A DNA stretch of 64,000 nt from Candidatus Polarisedimenticolaceae bacterium (lineage in GTDB: Bacteria > Acidobacteriota > Polarisedimenticolia > Polarisedimenticolales > DASRJG01): contig DASVAW010000167.1 of the NCBI GenBank assembly GCA_036376135.1, positions 13,811-77,810 of the forward strand, given 5' to 3'. The translations under genes and the position numbers were made by a program. The notes below the pieces were generated by a model. It was not told the origin of the DNA. It did not search any database and was given only the letters and a program-made list of their open reading frames with translations. Positions 37,464 to 46,285 of the stretch are shown here, in pieces. Numbering within the stretch: the first letter of the stretch is position 1; every line of letters starts with the position of its first letter.

Positions 37464-39320
37464 ATGCCGCCGCAGGAGTTCGGACGTTATCGGGTCGAGC
37501 GGGAGTTGGGCCGCGGGGCCATGGGCGCCGTCTTTCTCGCGCACGATCCGGAGATCGACCGACGCGTCGCCGTCAAGACGATCCAGGTCTTCTCCGGACT
37601 TCCCGACGCCGAACGCGAGCAGGCGCGGCGACGGTTCCTGACCGAGGCCCGCAGCGCGGGCAGGCTCGTCCACCCCGGCATCGTCACGATCTTCGACGTC
37701 GGGGAGGCCGACGGCGCGCCGTGGATCGCGATGGAGTACATCGAGGGGCAGACGCTCGACGCCTTCTGCCGCCGCGACCGCCTGCTCGGTGTGGACGTCG
37801 TCGTCGACATCGTCGCGGGGCTCGCCGAGACGCTCGCCTACGCACACCAGGCCGGCGTCGTGCACCGGGACATCAAGCCGACCAACCTGATCCGGACCGG
37901 CGAACGTGCCGTCAAGATCATGGATTTCGGCCTCGCGCAGTCGGGGACGGCGGGACGGACCCAGGACGGGCATCTGCTCGGGACCCCGAACTACATGGCC
38001 CCCGAGCAGATCCGCGGCGACCGCGCCGACGCGCGCACCGACCTGTGGTCGCTCGCGGTCGTCCTCTTCGAGCTGCTCACGGGAGAGAAGCCGTTCGCCG
38101 GGGACTCGGTCTCGTCGGTGCTGTACCGCGTCGTGCACGAGCCGCCGCGGGAGCTCGGCCCCCACCTCGAGCGCGTCCCCGTCGCGCTCGCCGGCTTCCT
38201 GAAGAAGGCGCTCGCCAAGGACCCGCAGGCCCGTTTCGCGGACGGCGCCGCCTTCGCGTGGGCCCTGCGCGAGGCGAGGCGGGCGACGGCCGACCGCGCG
38301 ACGCCGGCGGCGCGGAGCGTCGCGGCCCCCGCGGCGGAGCCGGCGGGATCCGGGCGGTCGTCGTTGCTTCCGTACCTGTTCGGTGCGGCCGCGGTGATCG
38401 CGTCGGTCGTCGGGGTGCTCGCCTGGCGTCATGCCGAGAGCCGCAGGCAGGCGGCGGCCTTCTTCGAGACGACCGTTCGCGCGGAACCGTCCGAGGCCGC
38501 GGTGACTCTCGACGGCGCCCCGCTCGCGGACCCTCGGCTTCGCGTGCCGTCCGCGGGCCCTTTCCCGAGGGTTTCCGCGGCGGCGGGGTGCCGGCGGGTC
38601 GAGCACCTCGTGGCCCCGTCGGACGCGGGGCGCGAGATCGTTCTCGTTCTCGACCCTGAGAAGGCGGCGGTCGCGGTCGACGCGGGCGTCGACGGCGCGG
38701 CGCTGCGCGTCAACGGCGAGTCCGCCGGAACGTCACCTCGCGAGATCGAGCTCGATCTGTGCCGCGAGAACCGCCTCGAGGCCGCAGCCGACGGGTACAC
38801 CCCCGCCGCGGTGGTGGTCCCTGCGGGAGCGTCTCCCAAGGACGCGCGCGGCGCCGCGGCGGCGCTGCGGCTGGCGGCCATTCCGACCGGGCGCATCGTC
38901 GTTCCCGCGCCCGGCTCCCCGGTGCGATGGCTCGTCGACGGGAAACCCGCGCAGCGGGAGGACGGATCGCTGCGCGTCCCCGCGGGACGTCGCGAGGTGC
39001 GCGCCGTCAACGAAGACACCTTCGTGGACGTGACGGCGGTCGTCGACGTTCCGCCGGACGGCCACGTCGACGCCGACCTGCGCGTGCCGCCGCTCGCGGA
39101 GCTTCTCGTGCAGGCCTTCCCGCCGAACGCGAAGGTCTACGTGCGCCGCGGCGGCGGCTGGCGCTACCTCGACGACGTTCCACTCGAGCGACAGATCGCC
39201 GCCGGTTCCTACGAGTTGCGGGTCGAGTACGTTCCGACGGGGGCGACCCAGGAACGCAAGGTCTCGCTTCGACCGGGCGAGAACCCTCCGCTAAGATTCG
39301 CGTTCGAGTCGAAGCGATGA
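37464..39320 (+). CDS. Hanks-type Ser/Thr protein kinase with a TM helix and PEGA-like extracytoplasmic C-terminal region
   Basis: GRGAMGAV, VAVK, HRDIKPTN, DFG and APE motifs. The TM helix is LLPYLFGAAAVIASVVGVLAW. The C-terminal half is rich in beta-sandwich-like repeats. Confidence 0.85.
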   Translation: MPPQEFGRYRVERELGRGAMGAVFLAHDPEIDRRVAVKTIQVFSGLPDAEREQARRRFLTEARSAGRLVHPGIVTIFDVGEADGAPWIAMEYIEGQTLDAFCRRDRLLGVDVVVDIVAGLAETLAYAHQAGVVHRDIKPTNLIRTGERAVKIMDFGLAQSGTAGRTQDGHLLGTPNYMAPEQIRGDRADARTDLWSLAVVLFELLTGEKPFAGDSVSSVLYRVVHEPPRELGPHLERVPVALAGFLKKALAKDPQARFADGAAFAWALREARRATADRATPAARSVAAPAAEPAGSGRSSLLPYLFGAAAVIASVVGVLAWRHAESRRQAAAFFETTVRAEPSEAAVTLDGAPLADPRLRVPSAGPFPRVSAAAGCRRVEHLVAPSDAGREIVLVLDPEKAAVAVDAGVDGAALRVNGESAGTSPREIELDLCRENRLEAAADGYTPAAVVVPAGASPKDARGAAAALRLAAIPTGRIVVPAPGSPVRWLVDGKPAQREDGSLRVPAGRREVRAVNEDTFVDVTAVVDVPPDGHVDADLRVPPLAELLVQAFPPNAKVYVRRGGGWRYLDDVPLERQIAAGSYELRVEYVPTGATQERKVSLRPGENPPLRFAFESKR

Positions 39321-40816
39321 ATCGTCGTCGATGCGGGTTCGTCCGGGGGGCTGTTGCCGCGACGTTGGTCGTCGCGTGCGCGGGCCCGGTGTACGCGCAG
39401 CAGCCCGCGCGCGATCCGGCCGCGGCCGAGCGCGAGTACCGGGTCGCGCGACGACTGGCCGCCGAAGGTTCGCCGGAGGCGGCGGCCGCGCTGGCGCGCG
39501 TCGTCAGCCTCGACCCCGCGGGTCCGTGGGCCGACGACGCGCTCGTGGAGCAGGCGTTGCTCGAGGGGCTTCCCGGGTGGCCCGAAGCGCTCGGTGCGAT
39601 CCCCGAAGAAGCGATCCGCCGTGCGATTGTCCCGCTCGAGCGCGTCGTTTCGGCGCTCCCCGCCTCCGACCGCGCACCCGAAGCGCGTTATCGCACCGCT
39701 CTGGCGAAGCTCGAACCGCTCGCCGGTCGGGATCCGGTGAAGGCGCGTGCGGAGCTGCTCGCACTCGCGTCGACGGGTGCGGAGGGCGCGTGGACGCTCG
39801 CCTCGCGCTACGCGCTCGGCTGGCTCGACGAGCAGGATGGGGCGCACGAGCGCGCCTACGGCGCCTACCTGCGTCTTCTGGTCGATCACCCGGGGACCGA
39901 GGCCGCGGCGAAGGCGGCGCAGGGCGCGGGAAGGGTGGCGATGCGGCGCGGCCAGTTCGGGCCCGCCGCGGCGCTGCTCCAGGAGGCCGTCGACGCGACG
40001 GGCTCCTCGGCTCCCGAGGCGGCGCCCCTCCGGGACGCCGCGGTGCGGAACCTGCGGCGTTCCGCCTTCGCGGTGACGCGCTGGCCGGCGACGACCCCCA
40101 CGAAGTGGAACTCGGCGATCAAGGGTGCGCTCGCGGCGGTCGCGCTTCCCGGAGGGGAGGTCCTCGTCGCCGACCGGCGCGCCGGGGCGATCGTGCGCTT
40201 CGACCGGTCGGGGCGCGAATCGGCGCGCATCGCGCTCGACGAGCTCGAGGCGCTCGCCGTCGACCCCTTCGGACGCGCCTGGGTCGCGGCCGGGGAGCGG
40301 ATCTACGTGCTGCGCGGCGACCAGCCGGTTCCCGTCGCGAGCCAGGGGGCCTTCGCTCCGGCGGGTGCCCTCGCCGTCGACGCCGCCGGGAGGATCTATC
40401 TCACCGATCGCCGCGGCGATCGGGTCGCCCGCGTCCAGCCCGGAGCACCGTCGCCGGAGCTCCTTCGGGAGCGCCGAGGGGCGGCGATCGCGGCGCTCGC
40501 GTGGAGCGGGGGACGGCTCCTGGCGCTCGAGGAGCGCACCGGTCGCGTCCTGGACGTGCGTCCGGACGGAACCGACGAGGTGGTCGGGACCGTCGCGGCG
40601 TCCTCGACTCCGTCGTTGTCCGTCGACGCGGCGGGGCAGATCGCCGTGCTGGACGCGCGTGCGGGCGCGATCGTGCTCCTGGGCGTGGACGGTCAGCCCA
40701 AGGATCGCCTCGTGCTCGAGGCGGCCGGCGTCGGGCGCGTCGCCGCGCTGACGTTCGGTCCGGACGGCGCCCTCGATGTCGTCGACGCGGCCGGCGTCGT
40801 GACGAGGTTCCCGTGA
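39317..40816 (+). CDS. Secreted TPR-like / NHL-type beta-propeller repeat protein
   Basis: A signal peptide, then an Ala-rich helical N-terminal half. The C-terminal half repeats LAVD..GR.Y..D motifs (GALAVDAAGRIYLTDRRGDRV, LSVDAAGQIAVLDARAGAI). It has an ATGA overlap with the kinase. Confidence 0.6.
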   Translation: MNRRRCGFVRGAVAATLVVACAGPVYAQQPARDPAAAEREYRVARRLAAEGSPEAAAALARVVSLDPAGPWADDALVEQALLEGLPGWPEALGAIPEEAIRRAIVPLERVVSALPASDRAPEARYRTALAKLEPLAGRDPVKARAELLALASTGAEGAWTLASRYALGWLDEQDGAHERAYGAYLRLLVDHPGTEAAAKAAQGAGRVAMRRGQFGPAAALLQEAVDATGSSAPEAAPLRDAAVRNLRRSAFAVTRWPATTPTKWNSAIKGALAAVALPGGEVLVADRRAGAIVRFDRSGRESARIALDELEALAVDPFGRAWVAAGERIYVLRGDQPVPVASQGAFAPAGALAVDAAGRIYLTDRRGDRVARVQPGAPSPELLRERRGAAIAALAWSGGRLLALEERTGRVLDVRPDGTDEVVGTVAASSTPSLSVDAAGQIAVLDARAGAIVLLGVDGQPKDRLVLEAAGVGRVAALTFGPDGALDVVDAAGVVTRFP

Positions 40817-42789
40817 GGACGCTTGGAGGTTTCGCGGCGGGGCTGCTCGGCATCGCGCTGTTCCTCGCGCCGATCCCTGCGCGAGGGCAAGCGCAAGGCT
40901 CAGCCGAGCTCGAGGCGGCCCGGGTCGAGCTCGAGGCGGCCCGCTTCGACAAGGCGCTCGCGGTGCTCGACGCCCTGCTGGCCCGCCCGGACCTCGAGCC
41001 TTCGATCGCCGGGTCGGCTCTGGCGCTTCGGGCGCAGGCCCGCGTGGCGACCGGAGACCTCGGCCGTGCGGAGCAGGACTGGAAGCGCCTCCTCCTCCTT
41101 CGACCCGACTACGAGCCGGACCCGACGACGACCGGTCGGAAGGCGCGGGAGCGTTTCGATCGGGTCGCGTCGACCGTCGTGGGGGGGCTGAAGTTCGAGA
41201 TCGATCCTCCCGGTGCCCGCATCGCCGTGGACGGGAGGCTCGTCACTCCCGCCGCCGACGGGACGCTGCGCCTTCCCGCCGGAGACCGCCGGATCGAGGT
41301 CGAGCATCCGGGCTTCGACCCGGCCTCGCTCGGGGCCACCGTCATCGCGGGGGACATCGTGCCCGTCCGCGTGCGCCTCGTGCCGAACGCGCGTTCGGTC
41401 GTCCTGCGCACCGAGCCCGACGGTGTGGAGGTCCGCCTCGACGGGACGCTGCTCGGGGTCACGGCGCGGCCGTCCGAGTCCGCGCCCGCGTCCGCCCCCG
41501 CGTTCGCGCGGGCCGCTCGCCTCGAGATCGCGGATCTCCCGCTCGGCGAACACGTCTTCGAGCTCACGAAACCGTGTTACCGGACGACGCGCGTCCGCGT
41601 CCAGGTCCAGGTCGATGTGACCGATCGAGGAGCGATCGCGCTCGAGACCGTCGCGCTCGACCCCGCGCGTGCCGTCGTCGCGGTCCGCGGGAAACCGGAA
41701 GGGGCGGAGGTCCGGGCGGACGGCGTCGCGCTCGGACGCATCCCCCTCGAGGGAGCCGCGCTTTGTGCGGGGACGCGCGCGTTCGAGGTACGCGCCGGGG
41801 GGCGCGTCGTGTGGCGCGAGCGGGTCGAGCTCCCCGAACAGGGAACGGCGACGCTGGAGGTCGCGCCGCGGCCTCAGGCCGTCCTGCTCGGCTCCGCGAC
41901 GTGGCCGGCCGCCCTTCGCGAGCTCGAAGGGGCGTTCGGGGTCGAGGCGCGCGCGGAGTTGCCGGCGGGAACCGACCTGGGAGCCGCGGAGGGTTGGGCG
42001 TCGGTGACGCTTCCTGCGGACACGGACCTCGCAGTGGCGGTCCTTCCCGCCGGAGCGGGGCAGGGGGTCGGCAGGGTGGTCCTGTACAGCCCGATCCTGC
42101 GAACCCTCGAGACGCTCGAGGGCGCCGCGCTGTCGATCCGTCGTCCGTCCCGGGTTCGTCCCACGCTCGGGTGGCGCCTGGCGGATCTCTCCGGTGGCGG
42201 CGTCGTCGTGGCGGAGGTGATTCCCGGCGGTCCTGCGTCCGCGGCGGGGGTCGTCGCCGGCTCCGGGGTCGCCGTCCTCGCGGGAAGGGTCGTCGCGTCC
42301 GCGGCGCAGGCCCACGCCGTGGTCGCCGGGCTGCCTCCGGGCTCGCCGGTCACGATCGATCTCGTCGTGCCGGGGGAAGCCGAGCCGCGAAAGGTCGAAG
42401 CGACGCTTGGCGGCGCCCCCGTCTTCGCGCCGAAGACCGAGGGTCCCGGCGGCGCCGCGATTGCTGCCGCGTGGGGGGCGGTGGATGGCGTCGGGGCCGA
42501 GGATCGCCGGATCGCCCTGGCCCAGCTGGGGAGCCTGCTGCTCGTCGCGGGTCGGGCGGAGGCGGCGGCCGACGCGTTCTCGCGTGCGGCGTCCCCGCCG
42601 ACGACCGAGCCCGGCGCGATCGACTACCTCCTCGGACGCGCCCTCGCCGCCGCGGGGCGCGAGGCCGAGGCCCGCGCCGCTTTCTCACGCGTGCGCGAAG
42701 GGAGCTCGCGCGCCGAAGGGGGCGACGGCCCGCCGCTCGCGCCCGCCGCCGCCGACCACCTCGCCGATCTCGGAGTGGGGGGCCGCTGA
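40813..42789 (+). CDS. Secreted TPR - PEGA repeat - PDZ domain protein
   Basis: PEGA-type motifs are present (PPGARIAVDG, EPDGVEVRLDG, KPEGAEVRADG). There is a PDZ-like segment (GVVVAEVIPGGPASAAGVVAGSGV). It has a GTGA overlap with the upstream gene. Confidence 0.6.
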   Translation: MRTLGGFAAGLLGIALFLAPIPARGQAQGSAELEAARVELEAARFDKALAVLDALLARPDLEPSIAGSALALRAQARVATGDLGRAEQDWKRLLLLRPDYEPDPTTTGRKARERFDRVASTVVGGLKFEIDPPGARIAVDGRLVTPAADGTLRLPAGDRRIEVEHPGFDPASLGATVIAGDIVPVRVRLVPNARSVVLRTEPDGVEVRLDGTLLGVTARPSESAPASAPAFARAARLEIADLPLGEHVFELTKPCYRTTRVRVQVQVDVTDRGAIALETVALDPARAVVAVRGKPEGAEVRADGVALGRIPLEGAALCAGTRAFEVRAGGRVVWRERVELPEQGTATLEVAPRPQAVLLGSATWPAALRELEGAFGVEARAELPAGTDLGAAEGWASVTLPADTDLAVAVLPAGAGQGVGRVVLYSPILRTLETLEGAALSIRRPSRVRPTLGWRLADLSGGGVVVAEVIPGGPASAAGVVAGSGVAVLAGRVVASAAQAHAVVAGLPPGSPVTIDLVVPGEAEPRKVEATLGGAPVFAPKTEGPGGAAIAAAWGAVDGVGAEDRRIALAQLGSLLLVAGRAEAAADAFSRAASPPTTEPGAIDYLLGRALAAAGREAEARAAFSRVREGSSRAEGGDGPPLAPAAADHLADLGVGGR

Positions 42790-42796
42790 CCCGGCC

Positions 42797-43417
42797 TCAG
42801 TACTCGCCCAGCCCGGGGTTGTTCGCGAGCGCCACGTAACGAAGCGCCTGCTGGGTGTCGCCGATGCGCTGCCGCGAGCGCGTCTCCGAAGCGGCGATCT
42901 GATCGAGGACGTACCCGACGTCGTCGGCACGACCGCTGTTGATGCGGCGCTCGAGACCCGCGAGCTCGGTCCGGAGCACGTCGCGGGTGACGGCGTCGGG
43001 GACGAGCGATTTCCGCGACGAAGCCTCGAGCGCCTCGATCTCCTGGCGGACGAGGGCGCGTGCCTGCTCCGCGTCGATCCCGGCCGGAGGCGTGGCCCCC
43101 TGCGCGACCTCGTCGGGCCGGCCGGCCGACCCGGCGACATACCCGACGCCACCGACGAGGGCGGCGGCGAGGAGTCCCGCGGCGAAGGCGGCCCAGGACG
43201 GGACGGTGCGGCGCGGCGTCACCACCACGATTCTCGGCGCGACAGGAACCTCGGGCGCCGCGTCGGCGAGGAGCGCCCTCGTCGCGGCGAGCCTCTCCAG
43301 CGTCGCGGAGCACGACGCGCACCCCGCGAGGTGCGCCTGCACACAGGCGCGATCTTCCGCCGAGACGTCGTCGTAGACGAGCGCGACGAGACGGGACTGG
43401 AACAACTCGCAGGCCAT
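42797..43417 (-). CDS. Anti-sigma factor (zf-HC2, single TM)
   Basis: The N-terminal motif is H-x3-C-x2-C (AHLAGCASCS), followed by a TM helix (WAAFAAGLLAAALVGGVGYVA). It lies immediately downstream of the ECF sigma gene. Confidence 0.75.
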   Translation of the reverse strand: MACELFQSRLVALVYDDVSAEDRACVQAHLAGCASCSATLERLAATRALLADAAPEVPVAPRIVVVTPRRTVPSWAAFAAGLLAAALVGGVGYVAGSAGRPDEVAQGATPPAGIDAEQARALVRQEIEALEASSRKSLVPDAVTRDVLRTELAGLERRINSGRADDVGYVLDQIAASETRSRQRIGDTQQALRYVALANNPGLGEY

Positions 43418-43426
43418 GGCCGACTC

Positions 43427-44044
43427 CTAGACGCGGACGCCCTGCCGTTCGAGGGCGCCGCGCATCGATTCGAGCGCGAAGTACATGCGGGACTTCACGG
43501 TGCTTTCGGGGAGGCCGAGCACCTCGGCGATCTCCCGGAACTTCAGCCCTTCGTATTCCTTGAGGACCACGACCTCCCGCTGCTCGGTCGGGAGGGACTC
43601 GAGCACCCTCCGCACCGCCGCGCGGCGCTCTTCGGCCTCGAGGGCCGCCTCCGGCTGCTCGTCTTCGGGGGCGACCGCCGCGGGTTCCGGGGCCGGGTCA
43701 TCCGCAGCCGGGCGCGGGTGGACGAGGATGCGATCCCATCGCCGGTTGCGGCGAGCACGGTCCCTGCACAGGTTCAGGGCGATCTGGTACATCCAGGTCG
43801 AGAACTTCGCCCCCGGCCGGTAGTGGCGCGCCCGATCGAGCACGCGGAGGAAGGTCTCCTGACAGACGTCCCGCGCCTCGTCGTCGCGCCCGACCAGGCG
43901 CAGGACGAACCGGAACAGCGGCTGCTCCCATCGGGCGACGAGAGCTCCGAGCGAATCGAGGTTCCCCGCCCTCAGGGCCAGGACGAGGTCCTCGTCGGTG
44001 GGTGACTCCAAGCGACCGTTCCTCCGTGGGTCCGGACGCCTCAT
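43427..44044 (-). CDS. ECF-type RNA polymerase sigma factor
   Basis: Region 2 is DVCQETFLRVL...FSTWMYQIALNLCRD. Region 4 is VVVLKEYEGLKFREIAEVLGLPESTVKSRM. An alternative TTG start at 44011 has a better GGAGG Shine-Dalgarno site. Confidence 0.85.
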   Translation of the reverse strand: MRRPDPRRNGRLESPTDEDLVLALRAGNLDSLGALVARWEQPLFRFVLRLVGRDDEARDVCQETFLRVLDRARHYRPGAKFSTWMYQIALNLCRDRARRNRRWDRILVHPRPAADDPAPEPAAVAPEDEQPEAALEAEERRAAVRRVLESLPTEQREVVVLKEYEGLKFREIAEVLGLPESTVKSRMYFALESMRGALERQGVRV

Positions 44045-44305
44045 TAAACGCCCGACGGGCGCGTTTGGTCGACACCCGCGGGATGACGCTGGACGTCGCC
44101 CGCCGTCCGGGGACGGTCACACCGCGTCACCCCGGGGCGGCGCCCGCCGGCGACGGAGGCGGATGCAGCGCCGACGGAAGACGTCGGGCCGTCTCACGAA
44201 TTGGCCCCGAGTCCGGAGCTTTCCGCCCCGAAACTCGGTGCGCGACGCCTCGGGCCGGAGCCCGAAGCGGGGAGGAGCGGACGCGTTATTCAAAGAACTC
44301 GTCGA

Positions 44306-44321
44306 TGGCGTTGCGGTTGCT
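44306..44321 (+). promoter_or_regulatory. Candidate sigma-54 (-24/-12) promoter of the seven-gene signalling operon
   Basis: TGGCGTTGCGGTTGCT against the consensus TGGCACG-N4-TTGCW. TGGC and TTGCT are intact and the GG-N10-GC spacing is exact. It lies 62 nt upstream of the ATG at 44382. Confidence 0.35.
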
Positions 44322-44381
44322 ATCAGGTGGACGAACTCGGCGCAGGGGCAGGTCGCGCCGGGGATCTCCCGAGGAGTCCTC

Positions 44382-45698
44382 ATGACGCTGAGCACGGCCG
44401 CCGAGGATCGAAGGAGGACGGCCCCCCGCGCGGAGGACTGGGAGGCGGTCGCCCGGCGTCAGGACGAGGAGATCCGCAGCTTGTGCGCGGAGGTCCTGGA
44501 GCGTTACGAGGAGGCGACGTTCGTCTACCGTCTGGCGGAGCGGATCGCGGCGGAACGGGGAGAATCGGCCATCGCGCGGATGGTCGTGGACGACGTCGCC
44601 CAGGTCCTCGGCGCGCCGCGCGGCGAGGTGTGGCTGCAGGGCAACGACGCCTTCACGCTCTCCGTGGCCGTCGGAACCCCCGGGGAGGGAGCGGCGGACA
44701 CCGACCTCGAGATGCTGGCCCGGGCGCGCCGCGGCCAACCGTGGGTGCGCGACGGGGACATCCCCACGGTGGCGGTGCCGCTCCCTTCGCCGTCGGGTCC
44801 GCCGCTGGGGGTGCTCGTCCTGCGCGGACGCCGCAGCGGGCGTCCCTATCGCGCCGGCGAGGTCAAGCTCCTCGGCGCGATCGGCTCCCTCGCGTCGGCC
44901 TTCCTGCGCAACGAGCGACTCAGCGAAAAGGCGCGCCAGGCGGAGCTCCGCCAGCGCGAGGACGAGCTTGCCCGCCAGGTCCATCGCGGCCTGCTCCCGC
45001 ACCAGGACCCGGAGTTCGAGGGGCTCGACGTCTCGGGCGGGTTCCGCGCCGCCGAGGTCGTCGGCGGCGACTACTACGGCTACGTGCCGATGGCCGACGG
45101 GAGTCTCGGGATCGCGATGGCCGACGTGTCCGGGCACGGCGTCGGCGCGGCGCTGTACATGGCGACCGCCAAGGGAGCGATCCAGTCCGAGGGTCGGCGG
45201 ATCCTGTCTCCCGCCGAGTTGCTCGCCCAGACCAACGAGGTGCTCCTGGGCGACTTCTCCGGCATGGACATGTTCGCGACCAGCGTGTTCGTCCGCTTCT
45301 ATCCGGGGGCGCGCCGGTTCGTCTACTCGAACGGGGGGCACAATCCGCCGTTCCTCGTGCGCAGCTCCGGAGAGGTCGTGCGTCTCGAGAGGGGAGGGCC
45401 CGCCCTGGGGATCCTCCCGCGCGTCCGCTACCTCGAGGAGTCGTTCCCCTTCGCCGAGGGGGACGTCCTGATCCTCTACACCGACGGGATCGTCGAGGCC
45501 CGTGACGCCGAGCAGCGGTTCTACGGACTCGATCGACTGGTCGAGGAGGTGAATGCCTCGCGGGCCCTTCCCGCGCCCGCGATCCGCTCCCGGGTGATCG
45601 CCGACCTCGAGCGGCACGTCGAAGGGCTGCCCACGCGCGACGACGTCACGCTCGTCGTCGCGCGCGCGATCGCCTCGGGGGCCGAGGTCTCGGGATGA
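44382..45698 (+). CDS. GAF domain - PP2C (SpoIIE/RsbU-type) serine phosphatase
   Basis: GGDYYGYV...IAMADVSGHGVGAALYMA...LYTDGIVEA are PP2C motifs. A GAGGAG Shine-Dalgarno site lies upstream of the ATG. Confidence 0.85.
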   Translation: MTLSTAAEDRRRTAPRAEDWEAVARRQDEEIRSLCAEVLERYEEATFVYRLAERIAAERGESAIARMVVDDVAQVLGAPRGEVWLQGNDAFTLSVAVGTPGEGAADTDLEMLARARRGQPWVRDGDIPTVAVPLPSPSGPPLGVLVLRGRRSGRPYRAGEVKLLGAIGSLASAFLRNERLSEKARQAELRQREDELARQVHRGLLPHQDPEFEGLDVSGGFRAAEVVGGDYYGYVPMADGSLGIAMADVSGHGVGAALYMATAKGAIQSEGRRILSPAELLAQTNEVLLGDFSGMDMFATSVFVRFYPGARRFVYSNGGHNPPFLVRSSGEVVRLERGGPALGILPRVRYLEESFPFAEGDVLILYTDGIVEARDAEQRFYGLDRLVEEVNASRALPAPAIRSRVIADLERHVEGLPTRDDVTLVVARAIASGAEVSG

Positions 45699-46072
45699 GC
45701 GCCGGAAAGCGGATCCTGATCGTCGACGACGACGCGTTCATCCGTCGCCCCCTGGAGTTCATCCTCCGCGAGGAAGGGTTCGAGGCGTTCACCGCCTCCG
45801 ACGGAGAGGAATGCCTGCGCCGGGTCGGGGACGTCCGTCCCGACCTGATCTTCCTCGACGTCATGATGCCGGGTCGCGACGGGTTCGCCGTCTGCGGGGC
45901 CCTCAAGAGCGACCCGGACCTCCGGTGCATTCCCGTGATCCTGCTCTCGGCCCGGGGCATGGAGTCCGACCGGCAACGCGGCCTGGACGTCGGAGCCTCG
46001 GACTTCATGACCAAGCCTTACTCCCCCACGGAGCTGCTGCGTCGCGTGCGCGAGCTCCTTTCCGGAAACTGA
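45695..46072 (+). CDS. Single-domain response regulator (CheY-like receiver)
   Basis: ILIVDDD, the phospho-acceptor context LIFLDVMMPG, LLSA and TKPY. It overlaps the phosphatase gene by 4 nt. Confidence 0.9.
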   Translation: MSAGKRILIVDDDAFIRRPLEFILREEGFEAFTASDGEECLRRVGDVRPDLIFLDVMMPGRDGFAVCGALKSDPDLRCIPVILLSARGMESDRQRGLDVGASDFMTKPYSPTELLRRVRELLSGN

Positions 46073-46082
46073 GGTGGCGCGT

Positions 46083-46271
46083 ATGGCGGAGCTCCGGGAC
46101 GAACGCGTCGCCGCGATCCGGCCCCTGGATCGGGCCGAGATCGAGCGGCGCGTCCGCGATCGCCTCGAGGGGTTGCTCGCCGGTCGGAGCGGGACGGCGC
46201 GTTCCGGCCTCGTACCGATCTCCGCGGCGGAGCTCGTCCGCCTCGCGGCGCCGATGACGTCGCGGAACTGA
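46083..46271 (+). CDS. Hypothetical 62-aa protein (start could be the GTG at 46074)
   Basis: GC3-rich codons in this frame, with a GGTGG Shine-Dalgarno-like site 5 nt upstream. It is wedged between the receiver and the GTPase-kinase with gaps of 14 nt or less. It has no recognisable domain. Confidence 0.4.
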   Translation: MAELRDERVAAIRPLDRAEIERRVRDRLEGLLAGRSGTARSGLVPISAAELVRLAAPMTSRN

Positions 46272-46285
46272 AGGGGACGGCCCGG

